A DNA stretch of 64,000 nt from Eledone cirrhosa (GCA_964016885.1 OZ024742.1:303676001-303740000), one strand, 5' to 3'. Numbered from the stretch's first letter, positions 24,546 through 40,806 are shown. Numbers and translations are program-made. Notes: generated by a model from the sequence alone, not told the origin.

Positions 24546-25143
24546 TTGGAAATTCTACAGTTAACGAAACCAAACTAATTCTATAGTTAAATATACTTTC
24601 TATACTAGGTTGCAATATATAATAACTCTGTATTGAAAGACTCCATTAGTAACAGACATTCTATATGTAAACTGATTTAATGCTGCAATCTCTGAACCTG
24701 TGAGTAGGAATGGGGCACTGTATTTAAAATGAATCGTCGCAGCATTAGAGAAAACTAAAATGATAAACTGTAGAGTATAACTGATAAGTATATTTTGTGT
24801 GAATATATCTAAAATAACCATAGTCATTTAGTGCTAACATAATTATTGATTCTGGCCAAGAAAGATGGGATAGAAAAATCCAGACTTTTTAGAAAACAAT
24901 TTTAAATGTGTTAAATTATTTTTTCATTATATTAACATTAACACATGATATTAAATATAAGCACTAAGTTTTCCTACACGTTTTGCACACCGTAGCCATC
25001 CCTGGTTATTCTTCTCTCACATCTGCTAACGTTTGAACATTAGTCAAACAAAAGACAGGTTATGTATATGAAGGAATAAATATTTGTGTACCTTGAAAGA
25101 AAGAATGATAAGACGGATAGGTTAAATTTTAAATCCATATAAA

Positions 25144-25333
25144 ATAATTGTTTCTACTTTTGCCACAAGGCCAGCAATTATCCCAGTGCATTACTGGTAC
25201 ATTATTTTATCGACTCCGTAAGGATGAAAGGCAAAGTTAACCTCGGCGGGATTTGAACTCAGACCGCAAAGGGCCGTAACTCTATACTGCAAAGCATGGC
25301 GTCCGACCCTCCACCGATACTGCCAATCCACCG
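25144..25333 (-). mobile_element. tRNA-derived SINE, full length
   Basis: Reverse complement of the 20449 family. Confidence 0.88.
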
Positions 25334-25474
25334 ATACAAAATAGTGCTGCAAAATTACGTCAAAGGGAAAACTAATTTTCTATCCATCCATCCCTTGATC
25401 CAGATATTCCATATTTTCTACCTGTGAGTATCCCGGTTTGAGAATATGCTCACTATACACATATATATGACACA

Positions 25475-25519
<45 letters not shown>

Positions 25520-25689
25520 AAAGTATATTCAGGTGTTCACTTATAAATGTAAATACCTACACCTACATATATGCAAGCAAAGCACAATCTTACTCGCTTA
25601 CACTCACACCGTAAAAGAATTACGAGTGTCGAAGTTAATCGAGAGCAGCGCCACCATCGTGAACTTTGTGATCACAATTGACAAAATAT

Positions 25690-27100
25690 ATCTAAATGAG
25701 GTATACTGATTAGAAGTGAGAAATTACTTGTATTCTGGACTGATGGGGAGATAAGTATAATAAATTGTGAAGAGTGAGTTAGATGGTGCACTGGAAGCAA
25801 AGAATCAAAACTATTTATAGCTATTTTCCTATCAATCCCACCTAAAGTAATTTCTCCTTCATTCAACTTTAGCTGCAATTCCTTTCCCTTAATGTGTATG
25901 ATTTCCTGTTCTCATTGCAATCCTTTCTTAATGTTGAATTAATTTTATTTCATGATTTGTTGTTACTTAACCTATATGGAAATTTTTTTACATTTTTATC
26001 CCGTATTCTTAGTGATTATTATATTAGATTTTTTCATCCAAATGTTTTTTACCTCTTTATATCCTCGCTTACGGGAAGATAAGGGTTGTTCAACGTGATA
26101 TACTAATATCTTTCCAAAGGCGTACATCAACAAAAATTTCAGTCACCAAAGTTACGAATCTTGGACCTTATAAGTTTACCGAATAATGCGTAAGATCATG
26201 CAAAGAATTGAATGAATAACAGAAACAATTGTAGAATAGCGTAATGACCCTTAAACCTTCTTCAGGCAAAACAGAAATGAAAAAAAGAAAAGTTGTGTAG
26301 TGTCCGTAATACAATCCTGGTATTAAAAAAAAAAACTTTCGCTCTGTCATTTTCTTTTGTGTGGGTGTGTCACCTATTTATTTCTTAAATTCTTCCCCTA
26401 TTTCATTTCACCATTTTTGTAAACGATTTGGTTAATTTGGCTTCTCAATTTTGTGAAAATCTTGGTGGAAGTTTGCTACCTTCACTCCCATGACATTGGC
26501 TTTCATCTTGAAGAGCAGAAAGGATAGTTTATGACTTGTCCGGTTTTGCAAATGCTTTTTACTTCATCCACTAACGAATGTAAATTAGTCATATTCACTT
26601 TAATTCATTGTTCCTACCACATCTTCAGCTACATCATATTGTTTTCAGTGTGTTTGACCAGAAAGTGAAGACTTTGAGCGATAATCGAAAATTCTTCCGT
26701 GTCAGTTTTTAGTCCCATGCTCATTCTGCAATACAATTTCTTTTTCTTTTCTTTTTCAATTTCCACCTTCCTCTGTTTTGTCATTTATTGGCAGTGCAGC
26801 CGTTTAAACATGAAATTTTTTATTACAGTTTTCAGTATAATTTTTCGTTATTTAATAGTTTATGCTGTTTGCTCATCACCACCAAGAATGTTTTTCACCT
26901 TAATATCTTTTAATTAAATTATAGCTTGCATTAGTCTTGAAAAAATGTTTTTTTTTATTCGTATTAGTGCCGTCCGTATTGATTCTCCTGTATTCCTAAC
27001 TATTCCTGTAGTTTTATTTGAGGTATTTTCATAATTTACTATTTGTAGATGATACCCACCTCGCTATTTTGTGGTAAAAATAATAGTTTGTATTGGGTAT
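25690..27100 (-). pseudogene. Highly degraded R4/Dong-like RT fragment
   Basis: GIDRKIAINSFDSL resembles WIDYKKAFDSV, and upstream GVKVANF resembles PGxDxVxNF. Heavily mutated, boundaries approximate. Confidence 0.4.
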
Positions 27101-27521
27101 TTTAAATCTAATCACAATTTTTATGACTCGATTTTTCTTTACTCTGTAAAGCGTTTGCGAGTAACTTCTTTCAGAATATCATAAATTTCTCGGCAGAGCT
27201 GTTGTCTGGAGAACGTGTTGCAGGTGGCGGATAATGATACGGCTACCAGATATGATGGGTAGTTGCGATATAAGTGGCCAGCTGCCAGACGAATAAGCAA
27301 CCCAGACCAACAACGGTAAACTACTAGCGGAGATGTAGCAATGTATGGCACTTGTACCTCCCAAGACAACTCTAACAACGCAGTGATGTAGATATGATGA
27401 GTCGAGTAAAGGCTGCTTCTAAAATAGCCTTGTCTTCGTGGGTTTGGAAAAGTACCAGATTGGTGACTGGCGCAAATTTCAATTAGTTTCACTTTCGTTA
27501 TACAAATTGCTTTCGACTATA

Positions 27522-27710
27522 CAGTGGGACCACAAAAACACTCCTTGCTGAGCAAAAAAGGGGCACACATCGAGTGTCTATGACATCAAGCAATACCACA
27601 TAAAACTTTGTTAGTTTATGCAACTGTAGCCACCAACATTGTAGGAATATTCATTTAAGTTTTCATATTATAAGTATTTGATATCAAGGAGTGTTTTTGT
27701 GGTCACTCTG
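27522..27710. mobile_element. Tc1/mariner-type MITE
   Basis: TIRs cagtgggaccacaaaaacactccttg / caaggagtgtttttgtggtcactctg with a TA duplication. Confidence 0.8.
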
Positions 27711-27711
27711 T

Positions 27712-28400
27712 ATACAGTACGTGGATGATTGTCCTCCTGTTGCCTTTTTAACTGAGTTCAGGCTGGTTTGCATTTTCAGTAAAAAGTGTTAATGCTAGGA
27801 AGAAACGAGCCCCATTGGGTTATTCCTCATTTGATATCAATGCTCATCACTTTTGTTTTTTGTCTCAGTAAAGTGTAATGAAATATTGATGTATCTGATT
27901 TTCATTGGAGCTATATTGTAGAAACACTTCTAGTAATCAATCAAGGTCAAGCTAAAATATTCATTAATGGGCTGGTTGATCTGTAATTGACCTTTAGTGT
28001 ATCTTTTCAACAAATAAGTTCTTCTACAAATTAGACAGCTAATATTTTATATACTCTAGTCAGACATGTTATGGGTCTGTAGTTGGTGTGTAAGTTTCAA
28101 CATTTTCCTCCCTATGAACATCAAGTGTTATTTCTGGCTTTTTTTTCAGATTATAATAAATTATATTTGCATGTACTTTGTGTGTATCTCAATTCTAATA
28201 TCTCAGTATTTACAAAAATGTTATTTTGTGTTGTTCGAAGATTTATACCAAAACATGAAAGTGACATTACCTTATCTCAGTGCTTTCTCAGGAGTGATTT
28301 CCTGCTTTCTGTTTCTTTTATTCTGTCACATTATTTTATATTGGATATTGGATATACGTTTTTTAATTCTGGTAGACATATATAGTTTCGATCATATGTT
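27712..28400 (-). pseudogene. Degraded R4/Dong-like RT fragment
   Basis: Minus-strand remnants LIDY*KCF, IK*GITQ and TIIHVLY, in the order of WIDYKKAF / IKRGIFQG / ISHLLYMDD. Confidence 0.5.
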
Positions 28401-28804
28401 TAGTTAAGATTGCAATATCCCATGGGATCATCTAAATATAAGATAATATTTCGATTTACTTTGATTCAAAATTTGTTTCTAAAACCAGTGAACTTCTTTT
28501 TCTATCACAAGTTCTCAGAATTATCTTTACACCAAATATTTTGAGTTAACGATATGTCAGATATTTACAAGTTTTTAGACGACTTTTATAGACTATTGCT
28601 TTAATATTTGTTTTTATCTTCGTTTTCTAATCAATCCTGATTTAGGGGATTCTGTATTTGTGAGTGCCTGTGTGTATGTGTATGTTTTATTTTAATTAAA
28701 CCTACTCTTTTTCTTTCTATTGCATTTATGTGACAAATTTCTCCTTGAAAACATATTTATCTCATTCCCAAACCTTTCTTTAGCCTTTTGTAATCATGTT
28801 TTAC

Positions 28805-28878
<74 letters not shown>

Positions 28879-29959
28879 CAGTGATTTCTTTGATTTCCAG
28901 CAACTACTTGATTTTCCTAACATATCCCCGCGGTCCTATAACTTACATCTGCCCTGAGGCATTGCAATTCTCTCATCAATTTCTTTATTTTACCTACCAT
29001 TTCTATCTGAATAAACTAGCTGTGTTCAGTAAATAAGTTCCGAGTGTTCCTATCACACTCATTAAATTTAATTTTCGTCAGGTTTCCTGTCTCGGCAAAA
29101 TAAAATAGCATTATTATAAAGCCCGACATGCAGGTCAAGGCAGTGTGTGAGCATTACAGAACTCGTTAATAGCGAAACAGTAGCCGTGAAACACCTCGTG
29201 GTTCTCTTTCAGAGAGAAAAGTATATCTTGTACCCCTCTTATCTTGGAAGAAGGACAGTTAGGTTGAAAGTCTTCGTGATCCAACCTGAAGTTTACTTCA
29301 GGTGAATATTGGCCTGCGTCGTCTTAAAATCGGAGCAAGACTTATGATAAAAATTATGAGCAACAACATAAAATCTTCAAAGGAATCTCTTTACAAAATA
29401 TAAAACATTGATCTCTTTTCAAATACACAACTGAAATGAAACAATCACCAGAGACAACACAGCCAACACACCCCTCTAAAATAAACATCTAATGATATCA
29501 AATAACACAACTCACGCAACATATAATCTACAAGATCTTATCCCAATAAAATAACGCAGTACACACACCATACACAATAGAACAAACACTAAAATAGTAC
29601 AACAAGCTATACATAATAAACCCCATAAATAAAATCAACTGGTAGAATACACAAGCAGAGGAGGCTGTAAAACCCACCCCTAAAGAGTGAGAGTATAATG
29701 CTGCACACAGCTGAGGAAAACGAAGGTGCACCAGACGAAGGATTAGAATCTCACACGAAACTAACATACAAATAATTATAATAATAATCCCTGTAATAGT
29801 CATAGATATAATCATAGTAATAATTACAATCAATAATCATGTTTTCTAATCATCAACTACCGCTGTCATTATTGATTTATTTATTCGATAAACAGCACTG
29901 GAAAATATCTGTCAAGTAATCTTGATTGTAATATATAGATATATACAGAATAATATTTG

Positions 29960-31902
<1,943 letters not shown>

Positions 31903-31905
<3 letters not shown>

Positions 31906-32289
31906 CACTCGATATGCAAATTGGGCGACTCAGCCGTTAATATGCATAAGGTAAGTATATACGTTCAACAATCTGGCAGGAAGGTATACGTTGCTGACGA
32001 TAACTAATAAGCTTGAAACTAGTACAGCGTTTCTTTGTCAGTGTTGAACAAACGAGCAACGATGGTTGCTAGACACTACGGCTTAATACGGGATGTTTGT
32101 TTACAAACACACCGTGCATTATAATAAATGTTCGGTGAATCCATACCTACATATACATATGTGTGCATGTATATATATATATATATACTACTGTACGTCT
32201 GTATACATATATGTATGTACGTGTACATACTTATATTTAAGTAACAGCCGTACTAATAGTGGGAAATGAAATTTTGTTTCATTTTTTCC

Positions 32290-32294
<5 letters not shown>
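31903..32294 (+). mobile_element. Single near-monomer copy of the 420-bp retrozyme-like family
   Basis: Aligns to the 14051 unit. Octamer at 31914-31921, HHR at 31989-32029, (TA)n on both sides, same 3' end (ttttccgttt) as the array. Confidence 0.88.
31989..32029 (+). ncRNA. Minimal type I hammerhead ribozyme
   Basis: cgttg-CTGACGA-taactaataagctt-GAAA-ctag-TA-cagcg. Intact core, one helix II mismatch. Confidence 0.8.
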
Positions 32295-32340
<46 letters not shown>

Positions 32341-32459
32341 CATATATACATATATACATATATACATATATATATATATACATACATACCTCTATATATA
32401 TATATATATATACACACACGATCTCTCTCTCTCTATATATATATATATAGTGTTGGTGC

Positions 32460-32530
<71 letters not shown>

Positions 32531-32534
<4 letters not shown>

Positions 32535-33044
32535 TAATGAAATGACAGGAGGCTGGATTTGTGTAAATCCTTGAAAGGCTTATTATAATATGATCATTTC
32601 AATGACCGGGTTCCGTATGAATCCGGTGATATCATCAGGTATTCGAAATATAATACGTGAATGTAATAGATAAAATCCATGGGGCTGAAAATCAAAGACC
32701 CGAGGGCGACCGCTATCTTGCACCCTCTACCTTAGCCGGTCTTCGATTTTCAGCCCCATGGATTTTATCTATTACATTCACGTATTATATTTCGAATACC
32801 TGATGATATCACCGGATTCATACGGAACCCGGTCATTGAAATGATCATAGTATAATAAACCTTTCAAGGATTTACACAAATCCAGCCTCCCGTCATTTCA
32901 TTATAATATTTAACTCCGTAATAGCACCACCAACTACAAAAACAAAGACGGTTGAACTGCTTTACGTTTAGTAGTCTCTATATTATTACATTACGATTGA
33001 CCATACGGAATAGACCAGCACTATACAGTGGTGAACCTCAAATC

Positions 33045-33048
<4 letters not shown>
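32531..33048. mobile_element. (TA)n-flanked fold-back mini-element with an HHR in each arm
   Basis: Near-perfect 170-bp arms 32531-32700 and 32738-32907, a 37-bp spacer and a ~140-bp tail. Confidence 0.85.
32796..32853 (+). ncRNA. Type I hammerhead ribozyme (antisense copy at 32585-32642)
   Basis: atac-CTGATGA-tatcaccgg..ccggtcatt-GAAA-tgatca-TA-gtat. Palindromic helix III, AUA triplet, followed by AATAAA. Confidence 0.82.
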
Positions 33049-33134
<86 letters not shown>

Positions 33135-33694
33135 AGGAGGTTGTAGTTCACTTGAAGCATTGTGTAATGAGGTATAAACGTTTGAATATGTATAATAAAG
33201 CCAAAACAATGCAGGTACGGACATAGAAAAAAGAATTCAATTGCAAAAGATATTGTTGATAATTTGTCTTTTACCTTAGATTTATTTTAAATGTCCTTAA
33301 TTTTCGAGATAATATCTCTTCTTCAGAGGGAAATAAAGGTCTCAAACTAGCGTTCTAAATATCTTGACAAGCCATGCTGACAGGAAATAGTATAGAGTAT
33401 CTGTTCTATCTCTAATGTCAAAGGGTTAAAATTAGGGGGATAAAGAGTAGTCTCCCTTTAAAAGGGGTTTGTTTAGGTTTTTTTTTTATATATACATGCC
33501 TGTTTAAGTGTGTGGTAGAATGCATGAAGGTGTAAGTATGTGAGCGTGTGTGTGTGAGTGTGAGAAGATAAGTCTCTTCGTAAATGTGGGGGATAGGTGT
33601 TATCTGGTGTTGTGTGTGTATGTGTGAGAGAGAATAAGTGGAGGTGTAAGCGTGTGTGTGTGGGGGGGGTGTAAATATGGGGCTAGAAGCCCTA

Positions 33695-36275
33695 TCAGGT
33701 TATAAATTGGGTGTTGAGTTCTAGTCTATTATTGATTGGTGGTTGTGTTTTATCTATAATTAGTGCTTCCTTAATTCTAAGATTGCCGAGGTTTCTTTCC
33801 TTAGTTTCTATCCTAACTGTTATGGTTTTGTCGGTGTGTTTGCATTTAACTAGGTGTTTCTTAAATGAGGAAGTGTTAGTATTGAGGTGTTCTTTTATTC
33901 TTATGTGGAGTCGTCTGGTGGTGCTACCTACGTAGAAGTTGTTGCATTTGTCACACTCTAGTCTGTATACGACGTAAGCCTGGTGGCATAGGTCTGTATG
34001 GTTGATGGGGCAGTTGGCTAGTCTGCAGCAATTGTCATGTCTGGTGGAGTGTCTTTTGGCTAGCTGTCCGCGCAGAGAAGGACCTGAGTGGGCCAGTTGG
34101 ATATCTAGTCCTTCTCGTCTGATAGCTCTGCGGATGGATGTTGTTGTTTCTTCACTGAAGTGTGGGAGCTTCAGGAAGCAAGTGTTAGTGCCTCGGGTGT
34201 GGTGTCCTCTGTTCTTTCTGGCACGGTTTGTGGTGGATGTCGTGTATCCGTTCAGTTTGAGTACTTCCAGGAAATGTGTGGTGTGTGTGTCTCGGTCTCT
34301 AGCGTCGGTGCAATTGTTCCGGATACGCCAGTTCGTTCCTTATGTATCCGAACTTGGCACCGAGTGGGAGGGCCGATCTGAAATGTACGAACAGGTCCCT
34401 GCTGGCGGCTTTTTTATAGAAGCAGGTGTGGATGTTGTCTTCCTCTGTTACCCTGAGTTGGAAGCTCAGTAGGGATAGGGATCTGCGGTCATCGGGGTGT
34501 TCCATGCTGAACTTTATACTGGCGTCCATGCTGGAGAATGTTGTGTATATTTTATCTGCCTCCTCACGGGATGATGTAAGGATGATTATGTCATCTACAT
34601 ATCGGGTGAAGAAGGCATGGGAATGGCAGGTGTTGAGGTCTCGGCATTCTAGCTGGTTCATGTAGGTGATGGCCAGCAGGCCCGATAGGCTGGATCCCAT
34701 GGGTAATCCTGTTGTCTGTCTGTATGTGTGGTGGTAGAAGGTGAAGTACGTGTTGTCTACTGTGAAGGATAAAAGCTGGTGTATGTCTGTCGGGTGGAGG
34801 CCGTAGCAGTGGATGTCCTCTGCGACCACGCAGTCCGTCAATAAATCGACAGCTGGATGAGCGGGGACTGTAGTGTAGAGGGAGACAACGCCGAGGCTAA
34901 AAGCGTATTTATTTAGTTTAAGTTGTTCTGGCTGGAGTTGGTGTAGTCTACGTATAACTTCGTCGGAGCTACTGACATGCCCGGGAAAGATGGAGAGTAG
35001 AGGCTTGAGGACCTGGGAGAGGAGCCAGGAAATATTTTATAGGGGTCCTTCTATGCTAGAGACGATGGGTCTTATTTGCGTCTTAGTACTATTCTTGTGG
35101 GTCTTGATGAGGTGGTAGAAAGTGGGCAGTCTGCTATTTCTAGTGGTGTAGTTGAGCTTAACTTTATTTGGGAGTTGTCTTCTCCTACAGATATCAAACC
35201 AAATGGAGTTGGTCTGTTTTTCGATCTGGGCTGCAGTCATGTCCGGGATCTCTGTGTATAATTCATTGTCGCTTAGGTGTTCAAAGGCTAGGTTATTGTA
35301 TGTGGCTTGAGAGATGACGCAAAACTCTTTACCTTTGTCGGATGGTAAGTATATAAGTTCCCTATTCCGTAGGTTCTTCAGGGCGAGTTGTTGTGTCCTG
35401 GAGAGGTTTGGGGCTATCTTCTTCTGTTTCCGTAAGATGTTAAATACGGAATGTTTTAGTCTCGAGAGTTTTTCTTCAAGCTCGCGGTTGGCAGGCTGTG
35501 GACAGAGTGGGCGATCAAGTTCGTATATCGGGAATCTGGGTTTGATGGATTCCGTGGTGTTGTTGTCGAGAGTCGATATCCATTTTAGTTGGTAGGCAGC
35601 CCGACAGAAATTCGTTACTATGTCGAGCCATAATTTGTCGTCCAGTCTCTGTTTCAATATGAACTTGGGACCCAGGCTGAGGAGGTCTAATTCCTCTCGG
35701 GAGAGGGATCCTGTCAAGTCTGTGACGAGGTGTTTTGCGTCAGGTGTGTTGTTGGTCGGGGCGCCGCTAGGTTCGGTGTTGGTACCGTCTTGTTCGCCTC
35801 TGTTGGTGTTTAGAGTTGGGATGTTGTTAAGACAGTTGGCCGTCCTGAGTTTGAGAAATTTTTGCGTTAGACGTATTTTCTTGTAGTCTCGGCGATGGTG
35901 GTATGACCTGTCTATAGTGGCGGAGATGACTCTGGACAGAGGTTCTGGGGTTTCAGCGAGTTGTGGTACAAGGCTGGAAATAGTCCGTATGTGATGTTGT
36001 AGCGTGCGGTGTAGGTGTTGTATGAGTTTTCTTAGGCAGAATTTTTGTATGTAACTAAGTGATCGTTTGAGGCCTGGTGATTTGAAGCATGTTGGTAGGT
36101 GCCAATTTTTGATAGTTTGGGGGATGATGTTGTTATTCAGGCATCGTTTTTGGAAGTTTATTTGGCAGCCGGCTTTGACGCGCTTTTCAGATAGCTGGAA
36201 GAGTTTCTTTACAGTTGTGAACTGGGCCTGGCTCAGGCGTAAGGAAAGGAGGAGGTTGTAGTTCACTTGAAGCAC
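33695..36275 (-). pseudogene. PLE RT + GIY-YIG endonuclease ORF with frameshifts
   Basis: LLSLGPKF, PSDKGKEF, FYHLIKTHK, RPIVSS, SLGVVSLYT (catalytic D mutated to G), GLPMGS, RYVDD, Cys linker CRLANC..C, VVYRLECDKCNNFYVGSTTR and KEALII..IN*. Frameshifts near 35040 and 34320. Confidence 0.9.
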
Positions 36276-36901
36276 CACCAGACCACTCCACATAAAAATA
36301 AAAGAACACCTCAATACTAACGCTTCCTCATTTAAGAAACACCTAGTTAAATGCAAAAACACCGACAAAACCATAACAGTTAGGATAGAAACTAAGGAAA
36401 GAATCCTCGGCAATCTTAGAATTAAGGAAGCACTAATTATAGATAAAACACAACCACCAATCAATAATAGACTAGAACTCAACACCCAATTTATAACCTG
36501 ATAGGGCTTCTAGCCCCATATTTACACACCCACAGACACACGCACGCACACACACACACGCTTACACCTCCACTTATTCTCTCTCACACATACACACACA
36601 AAACCAGTTCTAACACAAGATAACACCTATCCCCCCCAGTTACGAATAGACTTATCTTCTCACACTCACACACACACGCTACATACTTACACCTTCATGC
36701 ATTCTCCCACACACTTAAACAGGCATGTATATAAAAAAAAACCACAAAAAATCCCTAAACAAACCCCTTTTAAAGGGAGACTACTCTTTATCCACCTAAT
36801 TTTAACTATTTGACATTAGAGATAGAACAGATACTCTATACTATTTCCTGTCAGCATGGCTTGGCAAGATATTTAAAACGCTGGTTTGAGACCTTTATTT
36901 C

Positions 36902-36936
36902 CCTCTGAAGAAGAGATATTATCTCGAAAATTAAGG
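36902..36936 (+). ncRNA. Ultra-minimal hammerhead in PLE pseudo-LTR (element-sense copy at 33295-33329 minus)
   Basis: cct-CTGAAGA-a-gagat/att/atctc-GAAA-at-TA-agg. Helix III is reduced to an AATT palindrome. Confidence 0.7.
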
Positions 36937-37054
36937 ACATTTAAAATAAATCTAAGGTAAAAGACAAATTATCAACAATATCTTTTGCAATTGCATTCTT
37001 TTTTCTATGTCCATACCTGCATTGTTTTGGCTTTATTATACATATTCAAATGTT

Positions 37055-37086
<32 letters not shown>

Positions 37087-37269
37087 CGAACACTACTGCT
37101 TCACACAAATACACCCATGGACACTCCGCATAAAACTTAAGCAACACTTCATATTTCCTCCTCTCTCTCCACAACCTCATCTTCCCCATCTCCCCCCGTC
37201 AACTATCCTCCACCTTCTATCTCTCTCTTTATTTATCTGTATGTCTATCTGCCTCTTTATCTATTTGTA

Positions 37270-37310
<41 letters not shown>

Positions 37311-37333
37311 TATATATATATGTATATATATGC

Positions 37334-37423
<90 letters not shown>

Positions 37424-37429
37424 CATATA

Positions 37430-40400
37430 ATATTGTGTTTACACCGGGATTGTCCCTTTACCCACCTCCCGGGGACCCGTCGGACAAATGAAAATGAAAA
37501 TAAAAATAAAAGCAAAAACAAAAACCATAACCTACATAAAAATAACCACTACCACAGTCACCAACAGTCTCCTAAACAGGAAACTTCTTCCTCTTGTTTA
37601 GCCATAATGAATCTGGCAAAAGAACTGGAAAAAAACATTCGAGCTATCACCCAGCACCACCCTCTACTATCACCCACCACCACCCTCCATATCACCCACT
37701 GCACAAACTCCCATTGCTGCCATTAAACAACACACCAAAACCATAAAACCATCCACTCTCGCCTCAACCTTTTTGCTTAACGCCCAAGGCATCAGCCCTT
37801 CCACCAATACTCAAAAATGGAAGATCAAATTCCTGGAGGACTGGGTTGAGTTCCATCCAAACCACATCCCTTTCTTCGTCCTCACTGAAACCCATCTCAG
37901 TAACCTCCACTTGGAAGCCGAGGTGAAAGTGAAAAAGTTCAAAGCCATCCGTGCTGATCGCGCTGGCAGAAGAAAGGGTGGGACTGCCATTTATGTCCAT
38001 AATGCTTTCTCAACAGAGGCTATGAACATATTTTCTAATGGATACTGCGAAGCAGTCACTGTATTCAGTCAAACCAACAACCTAATAGTAGTTGGGCTCT
38101 ATAGGCCACCCCAAACGCCTGTACCATGCTTCAAGGAATGCCTCAACAGTATAAAGTTTCATCCAAGAGTGTCACCCTGACAACATCTTAATGATGGGGA
38201 ACTTCAACCTCCCCGGAGTTGACTGGTCCACAAACAGCCTGCCACCAGGTTCTTCTGCCTCAACCTCTGACAGGGAAGCAGTGGAATCGCTTCTTGACTT
38301 CATGGATGATTTCTTCCTGTCCCAACTGGTGCTCGAACCAACGAGGTGCCACAAAAACGTCCTAGACTTAATTTTCAGCAATCACACTGACACTATCCAC
38401 AATATTGCAGTGGAGAAAACTCTACTCTCTGATCATGACATGGTTCTCTGTGATCTGAGATTCCACCGTCCAATATACAAACCCAATGTCATCTCTCCTG
38501 TCCATCCGTTTGACGCTATGGATTTCCACAATGCAAACTGGGAAGCGATCAGTCATGATCTTGCACATGTCGACTGGTCCTTCACGCACACTCACACACC
38601 CACTAACATCAAAAAGTCCTGGCAGACATTTGTGGACACTGTTACAAACATATGTACAAAACACACCCCATTAAGAACTATAAACAAATCTAAGATCAGA
38701 ATCCCTAGAAATAGAAAAACGCTCATCAGGAAAATTAAGAGAAATAACAAAAAAATCAACAAGCTGAAATACTGTCAGCAGCAACACATCAACTTGACTG
38801 CCATTTCATCACTAGAGATTAAAAAACATAACCTCAAAAACAATATGATGTCTATCATCAACAATCAGAGAAGAGCTGAAGAGGCCTGGGCCATTGAGAA
38901 GATCAAACTCAATCCCAAAGTGTTCTTTTCATTTGCAAAAAAACACAAAATCACTGGCCCTACTGTTGGCCCTCTAATTGATTAAAATGGCACTCTTCAA
39001 GACAATGCTAAAACCATGGGTGAGATACTGCAGAAAAAATACTGCTCTGTTTTCAGCAATCCTGATATGGCCGATCTGGGCTGTATCGGCGATGTTACTC
39101 CCCATTACACCTTATCGGACATAACGTTTGGCGCCCCTGATGTCTTAGCGGCAATAAAGGATATCAAGCATAATTCAGCAGTAGGTCCCGATAGGTTCCC
39201 TGCTTGTGTCTTGAAGGCGTGTCAACACCAACTTGCATCTCCTCTTGCCAATCTGTGGCGAAACTCACTGGTTGCTGGATATGTGCCAGAAAACCTTCTA
39301 TCCCAGTCTGTTGTCCCAGTTTTCAAAAAAGGAAACAAATCCCTTGCCGTGAATTACCGTCCAATCTCACTCACCTCTCATATCATTAAGGTATTTGAGA
39401 GAGTGGTGAGATCGCGAATGATTCACTTCCTTGAGAGTAACAATATGCTGAACTCCAACCAGCATGGATTCCGTAATTGAAGGGATTGCCTGACGCAGCT
39501 ACTGCATCACTTTGATGACATTTTGAGAGCCTTGGGAGAGGATTTCAACACTGATGTTATCTACCTTGATTTCAGCAAGGCCTTTCACAGGGTTGATCAC
39601 AACATTCAACTGAGAAAGCTGTCCAATATTGGTGTCACTGGAAAAGCTGCTGCAGTGGATCAATAGCTTCCTGTCAAACAGAACCCAAAATGTTGTAGTC
39701 GAAGGAGTCAAATCCAGCCCAGCCAAAGTCAGTAGTGGGGTCCCACAAGGCACTGTGTTGGGCCCACTTCTCTTCATCATCTATATTAATGACATCACTG
39801 ACATCATCAAACACAGCAACATTAGAATTTTCGCTGATGATTCCAAGCTCCAAAAGGTCGTCAACAGCGTGGATGACCGGATAAGCCTTCAGTCAGACCT
39901 ACTGGCTGTTACCCAATGGGCGGAAAAGAACAACATGTTACTGAACGAAGACAAATTCGAACTGATCCACTTTGGAAAAGAGGATGCTCTGAAACTCCCG
40001 TACTCCCTTCCCTCCGGTGAAACTCTCGTGGCATCTAACAACATCAGAGACTTGGGAGTAACCGTGGACAGCAACATAAGCTGGGCCACGCATATAAGCA
40101 GCAAAGTTGACATGGCCCGCAGAATGTGTTCCTGTATCCTCAGAACCTTCCAGTCGAGAGATTCCCACACCATTATCCTTCTCTTCTCCACTTTTGCCCG
40201 ACCACACCTTGAATACTGTTGTCCACTGTGGTCTCCCCAAAAGAAACAAAGTATCATGAAACTTGAAGCTCCCCAAAGGGCAATCACGAAAAAGATAGAT
40301 GGCATGTCAGACCTTGACTACTGGGGTCGACGAGAAAAGCTGAAACTTTTCTCACTCCAACGTCACCGTGAGCGTTATATTATCTGCATGATGTGGAAAA

Positions 40401-40806
40401 TGTTTCATCAGCACTGCCCAAATGATGTTGGCATTACCTTCAAAATACACCCAAGGCTTGGGCCCCGTTCTATCCATCCCAAACAAAAATCTAAATCGCA
40501 ACTCATAACAACAATACGGCACAATTATTTCACCTCAATTGGCCATGCTCTCTTCAACATCACACCAGGACACGTCAAAACAGAAACTGCCCACACAAAA
40601 TTCAAGAAGTCTTTGGACAAATTCCTCCAAGTAATCCCGGACAAACCATCCACACCCGGATATGTCTCCGCAAACAGTAATTCTCTTCTCGAATGGGCCA
40701 TGGTGCCCAAATCCTGAATTGAAAGACTTCGTCAAGTGGTACTATTAAGTTAGACATGGCCTGGGCCAATACAGGCCAAAACATTTCAAAGTTACTCAAA
40801 GTTACA
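37430..40806 (+). mobile_element. CR1-group LINE (APE + RT), 5'-truncated, disrupted
   Basis: APE motifs LTETHL, GGTAIYV, LYRPP, GNFN, LDL and SDH; RT motifs NYRPISLTS, QHGFR, YLDFSKAF, GVPQGTVLGPLLF and FADD. Stops at ~38983 and ~39478, two frameshifts, aaagttac tandem tail. Sits within (TA)n. Confidence 0.92.

Larger units (their letters stand above)
33133..37058 (-). mobile_element. Penelope-like retroelement, full-length monomer with an inverted 5' pseudo-LTR
   Basis: Inverted arms 33173-33925 and 36271-37058 enclose an RT/GIY-YIG ORF. HHR in both arms, (TA)n on both sides. Confidence 0.92.

Noticed and set aside
24101-24615. Mucin-like T-rich or N-rich ORFs
   Set aside because: Degenerate (AAC)n repeat open in several frames on both strands, with no supported gene context.
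36276-36485. Hydrophobic N-terminus of the 482-aa ORF (also ORF 33711-33935)
   Set aside because: It is the antisense reading of the inverted GIY-YIG segment.
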